Shown piece by piece: positions 10,560 through 21,403 of a stretch of 64,000 bases of DNA. How positions within the stretch are numbered: position 1 is the first letter of the stretch; every line of letters starts with the position of its first letter. Under the pieces are notes generated by a model. The model was not told the DNA's origin and searched no databases. It saw nothing but the letters and a program-made list of their open reading frames with translations. A program made the translations under genes and the position numbers. This stretch comes from Candidatus Latescibacterota bacterium (GTDB lineage Bacteria > Latescibacterota > UBA2968 > UBA8231), in the NCBI GenBank assembly GCA_965223905.1, contig CBDCXV010000001.1, forward strand, positions 832,001 to 896,000. The letters are read 5' to 3'.

Positions 10560-12263
10560 TCACATCTCCTCCGGGGCTTTCATCCCAACCAGCTCCAGCC
10601 CCGTGCGCAGCACCGCGCGCACCGCGTCGACCAGCCTGACCCGGGCCTCGGCGAGCTCGGGGTCGCCGGGTACCAGCACCTGCAGTTCGTTGTACATCTT
10701 GTTGGCGACCGCGGCCAGGTCGAGCAGATAGGCGGTGATACAGGAGGGTTCGTTCTCGTCCGCGGCCTGTGCTACCTGTACGGGAAACTCTGCGAGCTTC
10801 CGGGCGACCCGCATCTCGGCGGGTTCCCCCAGCCTGGCCGCGTCGCCGTGGTCCGGCGGTCTTCCGAATCGACTCAGGATGCTGCAGAAGCGCGCATGAG
10901 TGTACTGCAGGTAGGGCCCGGTCTCGCCGTCGAAGTTGAGCACCTCGGCCAGGGAAAAGCTCACGTCGCGGGTGCGACGGTTGCTGACGTCGGCGAACAC
11001 CACAGCCCCTATGCCAACCTGCCGCGCCACTTCCTCCCTGCCGGCGAGCTGTGGGTTCTTCTCAGAGATGATCCGCTGCGCCAGCTCGACGGCGCGCTCG
11101 AGCACGTCTTCGAGCAACAGCGCGTTCCCCTTGCGGCTTCCCATCGCTTCCCCCTTGAACGAGAGCAACCCGAAGGGGGCGTGCACGCAGCGGTTGATCC
11201 AGTCGGCGCCCGCCCGTTCCAGGGAGCCGAAAACCTGGCGGAAGTGCAGCTGCTGCCGGATGTCGGTGACGTAGACCATCTTGTCGAACCGGTAGCGCTC
11301 CCAGCGGTAGCGCAGCGCGGCGAGGTCGCGGCTGTGGTAGGTGCTCGTACCGGCGCTGGTTCGCAGCATGCAGGGGGGGATGTCCTCCCCGAGGCGGACG
11401 ATCAGCGCCCCCTCGCTCTCTTCGGCGAGCCCCTTTTCCGCGAAGAAGGCGATCGTCTCGTCGAGCCGGTCGGCGAAGTGGCTCTCGCCGAGGTAGTCGT
11501 CGAACTCCACCTGGAGAATGCGGTACATGCGCTCCGCTTCACGGCGTCCTTCCTCTACGAAGTACCGCCACAGGGAGACCATCTCCTCGTCGCCTGCTGC
11601 TAGGCGGACGAGACGTGCCCGAGCTTCCTGGGCGAGCTCGGGATGGCTTTTCTGCTCGTCGTTGAAGCGCACGTACAGGTTGGACAGCTCCGCCACCGGA
11701 TTGGTTCTGACCTTGTCGGGATCTGCCCACAAGGTGTAGGCGGCGAGGAGTTGCCCGAAGTTGGCGCCGTAGTCGCCGTAGTAGTTGATGCCAACGCATT
11801 TCCAGCCGAGGAAGGCGTGGATGCGGCGGATGGCGTTGCCGATGGCGGTGGAGCGCAGGTGCTGGATGCCGAACGGCTTGGCGAGATTCGGAGCGCCGAA
11901 GTCGATGGCGAGGGTCTTGCCACGCCCCTGATTCCCGGACCCGTACTGGCTGTCCTTGGCGGCGATTTCCTCGAGGGTGTGGCGAATGAAGGCAGTGCGG
12001 TTCAGCCTGAAGTTGACGTACCCTCCCGCGGCCTCGACGGCGTCGATCCGGTCGCTTGCGGCGCCGCTGAGCCGGGAGGCCACCTCGCCGGCGATCTGGG
12101 CAGGGTTCCGGCGCAGCTGCTTGGCCAGCGTGAAGCAGGGGAGCGCGTAGTCCCCCAATTCCTCCGCCGGCGGTACGGAAAGCAGTTCCCGCAAGGTCTC
12201 GGAATCGAGCCCGGTCGCCGACGCGGCACCTTCGAGTATTTCCTCTACGAACGGATTGGTCAC
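10560..12263 (-). CDS. argS: Arginine--tRNA ligase
   Basis: GDYALPCF, IDFGAPNLAKPFGIQHLRST, GTSTYHSRDLAA, MGSRKG, GETGPYLQYTHAR, C-terminal PEEM. Confidence 0.95.
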   Translation of the reverse strand: MTNPFVEEILEGAASATGLDSETLRELLSVPPAEELGDYALPCFTLAKQLRRNPAQIAGEVASRLSGAASDRIDAVEAAGGYVNFRLNRTAFIRHTLEEIAAKDSQYGSGNQGRGKTLAIDFGAPNLAKPFGIQHLRSTAIGNAIRRIHAFLGWKCVGINYYGDYGANFGQLLAAYTLWADPDKVRTNPVAELSNLYVRFNDEQKSHPELAQEARARLVRLAAGDEEMVSLWRYFVEEGRREAERMYRILQVEFDDYLGESHFADRLDETIAFFAEKGLAEESEGALIVRLGEDIPPCMLRTSAGTSTYHSRDLAALRYRWERYRFDKMVYVTDIRQQLHFRQVFGSLERAGADWINRCVHAPFGLLSFKGEAMGSRKGNALLLEDVLERAVELAQRIISEKNPQLAGREEVARQVGIGAVVFADVSNRRTRDVSFSLAEVLNFDGETGPYLQYTHARFCSILSRFGRPPDHGDAARLGEPAEMRVARKLAEFPVQVAQAADENEPSCITAYLLDLAAVANKMYNELQVLVPGDPELAEARVRLVDAVRAVLRTGLELVGMKAPEEM

Positions 12264-13111
12264 GGTTCCACCTGGCCGACCAGGGCCTGTTTCATTACCT
12301 CCACGGGCGCGGCCACACCGGTCCAGATCTCGAAGGCGCGCGCCCCCTGGTGAACGAGCATCCCGAGCCCGTCGATGGTGCGCGCTCCGGCCTTCTCGGC
12401 CTGCGCCAGCAGGCGCGTGCGCCGCGGTTTGTAGACGATGTCGAGAACGGTGAGGTGGTCGTGCAATACCGACGGATCCGGCAGCGGGGAAGCGTCCGGC
12501 CGCGGATGCATTCCGACCGAAGTCGCGTTGATCAGCAGGCCCGCTGCGCCAATGGCGTCCCCCCCGCCAAGAGTTCCGACGTGCACGCGGCGGGACTCCG
12601 GGTCGAGATCGGCAGCCAGGGCTTCGGCTTTTTCCACGGTGCGGTTGAGGAGCGCCACCTCTTCCACTTCTTCCGCCTGCAGCAAGGCGTAGAGAATGGC
12701 CCGGGCGGCGCCCCCTGCGCCGAGCAGCGCCACCGCCCCCGGCAGGGAATCGAGTCCGCCGTCGGCGCGAAGGCTGGCGATGACGCCTTCCGCATCGGTG
12801 TTGTACCCGGTCAGGCGCCCATCCTGGTTGGCGATCGTGTTCACCGCCCCGATGACCCGGGCTTCTTCCGAGATCTCGTCCAGTCCCTCCATCACCGCCA
12901 CTTTGTGCGGCACCGTTACGTTCAGGCCGCGGATGCCGAGGGTCCGCATCGCCACCGGGACTTCGGCGACGCGGTCCGGGGGTACGGCGAACGGCAGGTA
13001 GGCGAAATCGAGTTCCGTCCTGGCGAGCGCGGCGTTGTGCATCGCCGGAGAGGAGCTGTGCTCGACGGGGTACCCGATCACCCCGAGCAGGCCGGTTCTC
13101 GAGGTGATCAA
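12260..13111 (-). CDS. aroE: Shikimate dehydrogenase
   Basis: GYPVEHSSSPAMHN, GLNVTVPHK, GAVNT, NTD, GAGGAARA, NATSVGM, DGLGMLVHQG. Likely TTG start at 13111. Confidence 0.95.
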   Translation of the reverse strand: MITSRTGLLGVIGYPVEHSSSPAMHNAALARTELDFAYLPFAVPPDRVAEVPVAMRTLGIRGLNVTVPHKVAVMEGLDEISEEARVIGAVNTIANQDGRLTGYNTDAEGVIASLRADGGLDSLPGAVALLGAGGAARAILYALLQAEEVEEVALLNRTVEKAEALAADLDPESRRVHVGTLGGGDAIGAAGLLINATSVGMHPRPDASPLPDPSVLHDHLTVLDIVYKPRRTRLLAQAEKAGARTIDGLGMLVHQGARAFEIWTGVAAPVEVMKQALVGQVEP

Positions 13112-13248
13112 CCGAGGAGATCCTCGATGAACTGGTCGGCTATCTCCAGACTCTCGCTCCAACTCGCACCGTAGAGCAGCTTGATCAACAACACGCCGCC
13201 GCCGAACAGCAGGGCGAGCAGCGCGAACAAGCGAATGAACCCACTCAT
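13108..13248 (-). CDS. 46-aa small membrane protein (below the ORF-track cutoff)
   Basis: MSGFIRLFALLALLFGGGVLLIKLLYGASWSESLEIADQFIEDLLG*. Hydrophobic N-terminal half and acidic amphipathic tail. Starts just after the aroA-like stop behind a purine-rich tract; its TGA overlaps the aroE TTG. Confidence 0.7.
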   Translation of the reverse strand: MSGFIRLFALLALLFGGGVLLIKLLYGASWSESLEIADQFIEDLLG

Positions 13249-13249
13249 G

Positions 13250-14533
13250 TCATCTCTCTTTCTTCTTGTCTTGCAAAGCCTGCAACAGATCGCAGAAGCC
13301 GGGAAAAACCTCTTGCAGACAGCCGCTGTCTGCGAGAACCGTCTCCCCGTCGGCGAGCAGTCCCGCCACCGCGAACGCCATCGCGAGTCCGGAATCGTTT
13401 CTGCAGTCGATCTCGCTCCCGGTCAGGGGCCTGCCCCCTTCTATGACGATCCCCTCGGGATACTCGCCGACTTTCGCCCCGATCCTGCGCAGAGCGGAAA
13501 CCAGGTGAGCGACCAGGTCGTAGCTCCCCTGCCGCAGGGGGGCGATGTCGCGGATGATGAATTCACCCTCCACCTGGGTCGCCAGTACCGCCAGCATCGC
13601 CATCTGATCGAGGAGGCGTTCGGTCCGCCCCCCGGCGACGCGCGTTCCCTTGAGCCTTGCGGCTTCGACAACCAGGTCCGCGGCCTCGTCCTCCCGCTCT
13701 TCGACCGCGGCCTCGCCTCCGATCTGCCTGAGGAGTTCGAGGAACGGGCGCTGTGGCGAGCGCAGCTCGACGTTGCGGATGCGGACCTTCGAGCTCATCA
13801 GGCTCGAAGCGGCCACCACAAGCGGCAGTGCCAACCGCAGCTCACCCGGCACGGAGACCCGAACTGCCCGCAGGTGCGTTCCCCCCTCCACGGTCATCGC
13901 GCGCGCGCCCTCCCGCCGGTTCCGTGAAATTCCGGCGCCGCGGCGCTCCAACAGCTCGGCGACGCGATCCCTGGATGAAAGTGGTTCCCTGACCTCTGTG
14001 GCCCCCTTGCCGTACAGGCCGGCGATCAGGAGCGCCAGCTTTTCCGGTGCCTCGAGGTCGGTCTCGGGATGTGAGGCCCCCTTCATGCCGTCGCCGCGGT
14101 CGAAGATGACTTCATTGCCGGCTTCGAGACGGCCTGCCGCTCCCATCCTGGCGAGGAGCTCGAGGAGCCGGGTGCAGGACTCCTGCTGCGCCGCGGGAAT
14201 CCGGGCCCTAAAGGGGATGCCCTGCCCGGCGAGCACGGCCAGTGCGGGCAGAGCCGCTGCCCCGGTGTCCGTCAGATCGACGAGGCCTTCGACGCCTCCC
14301 AGGGCATGCGGGCCTGCCCCTCGAATCGCCAGGGTGGAGTTTTCCCGCTTGGTTCCGATGCCGGCCGACTGCAGCCAGGAGACCAGGCGCTCCGAGCCCG
14401 GAGGGAGGTTGTCGACTTCCGAGTCCCCCTCGGCAACTGCGGCCAGCAGCAGAGCCAGGGCGGCTCCGTCCCGATCGCCCGGGACGCGCGCCTCCCCCTC
14501 GAGCCTGCGCGCGGCGGCTACTCGCTGCCTCAT
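13250..14533 (-). CDS. aroA: EPSP synthase (AroA) homologue with degenerate active site
   Basis: Full-length 427-aa AroA scaffold (LEGEARVPGD, LLIAGL..GATEVREPLSSRD, VSVPG, LAVLATQVEG, LAMAFAVAGLLADGET, FPGF), located after tyrA. Catalytic motifs are replaced (see findings). Confidence 0.85.
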   Translation of the reverse strand: MRQRVAAARRLEGEARVPGDRDGAALALLLAAVAEGDSEVDNLPPGSERLVSWLQSAGIGTKRENSTLAIRGAGPHALGGVEGLVDLTDTGAAALPALAVLAGQGIPFRARIPAAQQESCTRLLELLARMGAAGRLEAGNEVIFDRGDGMKGASHPETDLEAPEKLALLIAGLYGKGATEVREPLSSRDRVAELLERRGAGISRNRREGARAMTVEGGTHLRAVRVSVPGELRLALPLVVAASSLMSSKVRIRNVELRSPQRPFLELLRQIGGEAAVEEREDEAADLVVEAARLKGTRVAGGRTERLLDQMAMLAVLATQVEGEFIIRDIAPLRQGSYDLVAHLVSALRRIGAKVGEYPEGIVIEGGRPLTGSEIDCRNDSGLAMAFAVAGLLADGETVLADSGCLQEVFPGFCDLLQALQDKKKER

Positions 14534-14561
14534 CTGCCAATCGGTTGGCGGGAAGTGCGGA

Positions 14562-15692
14562 TCACGGCAATCGAGCCTGGTAGCCGAGGGAGTTGAGCAC
14601 CACCAGCGACTGCTCGGCTGCCTCGGGGCTGTCGAACCCCAGGCGGATGGTGCCGCCTTCACCCTCGCGCACCTTCATCACCTCGATGTCGTTGATGTTG
14701 AGATTCGCCGCGGCCAGACCGCCGGCGATTTCCGCAATCACTCCCGGTTTGTCCTCGGCGACGACGAGAATCTCGTGCAGGCGGTGCAGAAACCCCTTGG
14801 CGTCGCGCGGAATCGACGCCCGCATTTCATTGGCGAAATCGAAGTCCCGTTGCAGGCTCTCGTTGCCAACGCGTGCGCGGACATCGCCCAGCATTGCCGA
14901 GAAACGGTCGATCAGCTCGCGAATGCTGTCGCCGTTGGTCCTGCATATGTCCTCCCACACAGGGGCGAAGGGACTGGAGGCGATGCGCGTCAGGTCGCGG
15001 AAACCTCCCGCAGCCAGCGGCAGATACAGGCCTCCTTCTTCCTCGTTCATGCGTCCCACCATCTCGACGAGGGAGGTCGCCAGCATCTGCGGCAAGTGCG
15101 AGATCGCGGCGACGACGCGGTCGTGCATCTCGGCGGACAACTCGACGACCCTGGCGCCGATGCGTCCCAGCAGCAGCTGCAGGTCGGCATAGAGCCGTTC
15201 CGGGACGCGCTCATCCGGTACCAGGATGTAGATCGCATTCTGAAACAGGAACGGATCGGCGGCGCTGACTCCCGATCGTTCGGAGCCGGCCATCGGGTGC
15301 CCGCCTATGAAATAGGCCTTCTCTCTGCCTGCGGTGAGCGCGGTTTGCGCGATCACCCGCTTGGTGCTGCCTACATCCGTGATGAGGGCATTGTCGCGGG
15401 AGAGGCGCATCACCTCGGGGAGGAGTTCCACGATGCGCCGGATCGGGGTGCACAGCAGGATCAGATCGGCATCGGCGATCCCCCTGTCGAGCTCTTCGTA
15501 GGAATACCCTTCGTCGAGCACTCCCAGTTCCAAGGCCTTGGCGATGGTCTCGTTGCGGCTGATGCCGGCAACGCGCGTCGAGGGGGCGGCCTGCCTGACT
15601 GCGAGTCCAAGGGAGCCGCCGATCAGGCCGACGCCGACTATGGCGATACGCTCGAAGACGTCAGCTCTCCTTGCGTCCTGGCTGCGGGCCAT
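14562..15692 (-). CDS. tyrA: Prephenate dehydrogenase with C-terminal ACT domain
   Basis: IVGVGLIGGSLG, TDVGSTK, GGHPMAGSE, HDRVVAAISHLPQ, GGFRDLTRIASS, ACT-like DKPGVIAEI. Confidence 0.94.
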   Translation of the reverse strand: MARSQDARRADVFERIAIVGVGLIGGSLGLAVRQAAPSTRVAGISRNETIAKALELGVLDEGYSYEELDRGIADADLILLCTPIRRIVELLPEVMRLSRDNALITDVGSTKRVIAQTALTAGREKAYFIGGHPMAGSERSGVSAADPFLFQNAIYILVPDERVPERLYADLQLLLGRIGARVVELSAEMHDRVVAAISHLPQMLATSLVEMVGRMNEEEGGLYLPLAAGGFRDLTRIASSPFAPVWEDICRTNGDSIRELIDRFSAMLGDVRARVGNESLQRDFDFANEMRASIPRDAKGFLHRLHEILVVAEDKPGVIAEIAGGLAAANLNINDIEVMKVREGEGGTIRLGFDSPEAAEQSLVVLNSLGYQARLP

Positions 15693-15704
15693 TCGGCATT
15701 CCGG

Positions 15705-15962
15705 TCACTGCTCCTCGAGGCCTCGAGCTTCGGCGATAATGCGCGTGAAAACGTCGACCAATGCCCTGTCTCCCAGCGGTCCCTGGTTGTATTGCTGCAG
15801 GCGTTGCAACAGGTCGCGTTCCCGTTGCGGGTCGCGGACCTCCAGCCCTTCGGCGCGCTTGATCCTGCCGATCTCCTCGGCGTACTCGAGCCGTTTGTTG
15901 ATGAGATCGACCAGCTCTTCGTCGACCTCGTCGATGCGGGCCCGCCACTCACTGAGGTCCAT
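15705..15962 (-). CDS. Monofunctional chorismate mutase (AroQ class)
   Basis: LSEWRARIDEVDEELVDLINKR...IGRIK...VRDPQRE. AGGAG upstream. Confidence 0.9.
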   Translation of the reverse strand: MDLSEWRARIDEVDEELVDLINKRLEYAEEIGRIKRAEGLEVRDPQRERDLLQRLQQYNQGPLGDRALVDVFTRIIAEARGLEEQ

Positions 15963-16014
15963 TCGCAACGGCGCTCCTGTTCGGGATTACCCGCTCCCCG
16001 GCCGCGATTCCGGA

Positions 16015-17001
16015 CTAGCGAAAACCCATGACCGCGCGCACGCGATCCATCGTCCGCTCGACGACAGGGCTCGCCTTTCCCGCCCCCTGTTCCAGAATCC
16101 CGTCCAGGTAGTGCGGATCTGCGGTTATCTCGCGGTACTTCTCCTGCAGCGGCGCCAACGACTCGATCACGAGGTCGGCGAGCTCCCCCTTGAGGTCTCC
16201 GTACCCCTTGCCTTGGAATCGGGCTTCGATCTCCTCCTCGCTGCGTCCGGACAGCGCCTGGTATATCGTCAGCAGGTTGAAAAGCCCGGGGCGCTGGGGG
16301 TTGAAAACGATATCCCGCTCCGAGTCGGTGACCGCCCGCGCCAGCTTCCTGCGTATCACCTTCGGGTCGTCGAGAAGGCCGATGGCGTGGTACTTGCCCG
16401 TCTCGGATTTCGACATCTTCCTGGTGGGGTCATCCAGACCCATGACGCGCGCCCCGACGGGCCGAATCAGCGGCTCGGGCGCGGTGAACACCTTTCCGAA
16501 GCGATTGTTGAAGCGGTTGGCGATGTCGCGCGCCAGCTCGACGTGCTGCTTCTGATCCTCGCCGACAGGGACCGCGTCCGCCTGGTAGATGAGGATGTCG
16601 GCAGCCATGAGCACGGGGTAGGCGAAGAGCCCGGTGCCGATCGCTTCGTCGCGTCCGCCTGCCTTGTCCTTGAACTGCGTCATCCGCTGCAGCCAGCCCA
16701 TCGGCGTCACGCAGGTGAGCAGCCAGGTGAGCTCGGTGTGTTCGGGGACGTGCGACTGCACGAACAGGACGCTGCGTTCCGGGTCGATGCCGGCAGCCAG
16801 GAGAACGGCGGCCATCAGCCGGGTGTTCGCCCTGAGCACTTCGGGATCGTAGTCGACGGTGATGGCGTGCTGATCGACGATGCAGAAGTAGTTCTCGTAC
16901 TTCTCCTGGTCGGCCACCCAGTGAGCGATGGCACCGATGAGGTTGCCGATGTGGGGCTCGCCGCTCGGCTGGATGCCGGAAAGGACTCTTTTTCTGGCCA
17001 C
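16015..17001 (-). CDS. trpS: Tryptophan--tRNA ligase
   Basis: SGIQPSGEPHIGN, YPVLMAADIL, VPVGEDQKQH, KMSKS. Confidence 0.97.
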   Translation of the reverse strand: MARKRVLSGIQPSGEPHIGNLIGAIAHWVADQEKYENYFCIVDQHAITVDYDPEVLRANTRLMAAVLLAAGIDPERSVLFVQSHVPEHTELTWLLTCVTPMGWLQRMTQFKDKAGGRDEAIGTGLFAYPVLMAADILIYQADAVPVGEDQKQHVELARDIANRFNNRFGKVFTAPEPLIRPVGARVMGLDDPTRKMSKSETGKYHAIGLLDDPKVIRRKLARAVTDSERDIVFNPQRPGLFNLLTIYQALSGRSEEEIEARFQGKGYGDLKGELADLVIESLAPLQEKYREITADPHYLDGILEQGAGKASPVVERTMDRVRAVMGFR

Positions 17002-17009
17002 CTCGATTC

Positions 17010-17804
17010 CTACCTGGCGAGCAATTCCCCGACTTTGGCGCCGATGTCCGGCTCGCGCATCAGGGCTTCGCCGACGAGCACCGCGTCGGCGCCGGCTTCT
17101 CCGACCGCCTCGACGTCGGCGCGTGTATTGATGCCGCTCTCGCTGACCGTGACCGCATTGCCTCCGATCTGCGGCAGCAGCTCGAATGTCGTTTCCAGAG
17201 TGGTGGTGAAGGTCTTGAGATCGCGGTTGTTGACGCCGATCGGATCGGCGCCGGCCGCCAGCGCGCGCTGCACCTCCTCCAGGCAGTGCACTTCAACGAG
17301 CACCGCGAGTCCGAGTTCGCGCCCGATCCCGAGGAAGTCCTCCAGCTGCCCGCCGTCCATAAGGGCGACGATCAGGAGCACGGCATCGGCGCCGATGACG
17401 CGCGCCTCGTGCAGTTGGTACTGATCGACGGTGAAATCCTTGCGCAATACCGGCAGCCCTGCCGCGGCGCGCGCCGACTGCAGATGGTCGTCGCATCCCT
17501 GAAAGTACCCCTCGTCGGTAAGCACCGACAACGCGCTTGCACCGCTCCCTGCGTAGATGGCGGCGATATCCGAGGGATTGAAATCGGCGCGAATCACACC
17601 CTTGGATGGAGAGGCTTTTTTGATTTCCGCGATTAGGGCGACACCTTCCCCGGTCAGGGCGCCGCGAAAATCGAGAGGCTGCGGGCAGTCCCGTGCATGC
17701 GCGCGCACGTCCGCAAGCGAGCGGGCCGCCATGGCGCGCGCCACGAAGTCGCGCTTGTAGGCGGCGATCTCCCGCAGGATATCGGTCTCTTTTGCGACCG
17801 TCAT
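17010..17804 (-). CDS. trpC: Indole-3-glycerol phosphate synthase
   Basis: IAEIKKASPSKG, LSVLTD, LRKDF, LVEVH, GVNNRDL, SESGI, LVGEALM. ATG at 17804. Confidence 0.96.
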   Translation of the reverse strand: MTVAKETDILREIAAYKRDFVARAMAARSLADVRAHARDCPQPLDFRGALTGEGVALIAEIKKASPSKGVIRADFNPSDIAAIYAGSGASALSVLTDEGYFQGCDDHLQSARAAAGLPVLRKDFTVDQYQLHEARVIGADAVLLIVALMDGGQLEDFLGIGRELGLAVLVEVHCLEEVQRALAAGADPIGVNNRDLKTFTTTLETTFELLPQIGGNAVTVSESGINTRADVEAVGEAGADAVLVGEALMREPDIGAKVGELLAR

Positions 17805-17961
17805 GTTCCCTGGAGCAATTCCGGCAACCGCGCCCGGCGTCCACTCCCGGAGATGGACCGCGGCGATTCGGCCGGGGAAGGGCCTGGCTCCAAAGGCGCC
17901 TGAGCGAGTCGCACCCGGGCGGTGCGGCGAGCGAGCGGCCGGATATCGAGGGAATAGGACA

Positions 17962-18972
17962 TTATGAGTTGCTGACTTCGACCAGCTTTTCCAGGGCCGC
18001 GAGCCCCGCGCCCGAGGCGATGCCCTCCTCGGCAACGGCGGCCCCGGAAGGCAGATCCTCCGCGAGGTCTCCGGCGGCAACGGCGGCGGCGGCGTTCATC
18101 ACGACGATATCCTTCGCCGGCCCCGGCTTGCCTTCGAGCACCGACCGCAGGATGGCGGCGTTGTCGGCAGCCGTTCCCCCCTGGAGATCGGCGGCTGTCG
18201 CCGTCTCGAAGCCGAAACTGCCCGGGGTGACCTCGAAGGTTCTCAGGGCTCCGTTTTTCAGCTCGGTGACCTGCGAAGGCCCGGTCGACGTGATCTCGTC
18301 GAGGCCGTCGCTGCCGTGCACTACGTAGGCGCGTTCAGAGCCGAGCATCTTCAGCACCCCGGCGAGCTTCCCTGTGAGGCTGGCGTCGAAAACGCCGAGC
18401 AACTGCCGCTTCGCCCCGGCCGGATTGGTCAGGGGTCCGAGGATGTTGAAAACGGTGCGGGTGCCGATCTCCCTGCGAGGGCCGATGGCGTGCTTCATCG
18501 CCCGGTGCAACAGCGGCGCGAACAGGAAGCCGATGCCTGCTTCATCGAGGCACTCGGCGACCTTCCCCGGACCCGCCTCGACGTTGACCCCCAGTTCCTG
18601 CAGCACGTCGGCGGAGCCGCACCGGCTCGACATGGCGCGGTTGCCGTGCTTGGCGACGCAGAGCCCGGCACCGGCGGCGACGAAGGCGACAGCCGTAGAG
18701 ATGTTGAAGGTCCCCGAACCGTCCCCTCCGGTTCCGCAGGTGTCGATTTTCGTTCCCCTGCCGCCGCCGATGCGCGTCGCCTTCTCCCGCATCACCTCGG
18801 CGAAACCCGCCACCTCGGTCACGGTTTCACCCTTGCAGCGCAGGGCGATCAGGAAGGCCCCTGTCTGGGCGTCGGTCGCCTGTCCGCTCATGATCTGGTC
18901 CATCGCCCCGCGGGCGCTGTCGCGGTCGAGGTCCTCGCCGTCGAGAAGCTGTTGAATTACGGTCTGCATCAC
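17962..18972 (-). CDS. trpD: Anthranilate phosphoribosyltransferase
   Basis: DTCGTGGDGSGTFNIST, KHGNR..SS.CGSADVL, RTVFNILGPLTNPA, DGLDE. Confidence 0.97.
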   Translation of the reverse strand: MMQTVIQQLLDGEDLDRDSARGAMDQIMSGQATDAQTGAFLIALRCKGETVTEVAGFAEVMREKATRIGGGRGTKIDTCGTGGDGSGTFNISTAVAFVAAGAGLCVAKHGNRAMSSRCGSADVLQELGVNVEAGPGKVAECLDEAGIGFLFAPLLHRAMKHAIGPRREIGTRTVFNILGPLTNPAGAKRQLLGVFDASLTGKLAGVLKMLGSERAYVVHGSDGLDEITSTGPSQVTELKNGALRTFEVTPGSFGFETATAADLQGGTAADNAAILRSVLEGKPGPAKDIVVMNAAAAVAAGDLAEDLPSGAAVAEEGIASGAGLAALEKLVEVSNS

Positions 18973-19000
18973 TCGCGCCCCTTCTCCTGGTCGGTGAGGG

Positions 19001-19550
19001 TCAGTTCTGGTTGAGGAAATTGGCGAGCAGCCGCTTGCCGGCCCCGGTCAGGATCGATTCGGGATGGAACTGGACTCCCTGAACCGGGAAGTCGCGGTGG
19101 CGGATGCCCATGATGACGCCGTCGCCGGTTTCGGCCACTACCTCGAGGCAGTCGGGCAGGGTTTCGCGCTCGACGACGAGCGAGTGGTAACGCGTAGCGG
19201 TGAAGGGGTTGGGCAAGTCGGCGAAGAGGCGCTGACCGTCGTGGTGGATTTCCGACGTCTTTCCGTGCATGATGCAGGGGGCGCGCAGGACGATTCCGCC
19301 GAAGGCCTGGCCGATCGCCTGGTGCCCGAGACAGACGCCGAGCAGGGGTATTGTCGGGCCGAGTCGAAGCGCCAGTTCCATCGAGATGCCGGCCTCGTTC
19401 GGCGTACAGGGGCCAGGCGAGATGACGATCTTCTCAGGCTGGAGAGCGGCCACTTCATCGACGGTGATCTTGTCGTTCCGGTGCACCTGCAACTCGGCGC
19501 CGAGCTCTCCCAGGTACTGAACGAGATTGTATGTAAAGGAATCGTAGTTA

Positions 19551-19567
<17 letters not shown>
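19001..19567 (-). CDS. trpG: Anthranilate synthase component II (glutamine amidotransferase)
   Basis: [37 protein letters not shown]. Confidence 0.96.
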
Positions 19568-21137
<1,570 letters not shown>

Positions 21138-21220
21138 CGAAGTGCTCTTTGTGGTGGTCTTCGCGTCCGGTCCGTTTGTTCGGTTATGCTAACCCGGGAA
21201 GCTCAGGTTGAGCTCCCGGC

Positions 21221-21253
21221 AAAAAAAAACCGCGAACGCTGATGCGTCCGCGG
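21221..21253 (-). terminator. Attenuator (Rho-independent) terminator upstream of trpE
   Basis: Minus strand reads CCGCGGACGC-ATCA-GCGTTCGCGG followed by T9. Confidence 0.9.
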
Positions 21254-21274
21254 CGACTTTCGGTATTCGTTGTT

Positions 21275-21382
21275 TCAGGCCCCGGCAGGCAATCGGGTGG
21301 ACGCATCCATTTCGCGTTTGTGATAACGACGCCACCAGTATCGGCGGCCTGCGATCGAACCTGCGTCCATGAGTCTCGTCAT
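21275..21382 (-). CDS. trpL: Trp operon leader peptide
   Basis: MTRLMDAGSIAGRRYWWRRYHKREMDASTRLPAGA* with tandem TGG TGG. Lies between the promoter and the terminator; alternative ATG at 21370. Confidence 0.85.
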   Translation of the reverse strand: MTRLMDAGSIAGRRYWWRRYHKREMDASTRLPAGA

Positions 21383-21403
21383 TTCGTCACCTGCAACGGA
21401 AGT

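Noticed and set aside
10440-10560. Structured argS-aroK spacer considered as an ncRNA or terminator
   Set aside because: Only one 10-bp hairpin, with no U-tract and no recognisable tRNA, T-box or riboswitch features.
21194-21219. Second hairpin (CCGGGAAGCTCA/TGAGCTCCCGG) between the attenuator and trpE
   Set aside because: No U-tract and not needed for the attenuator model. Its function cannot be supported from sequence.
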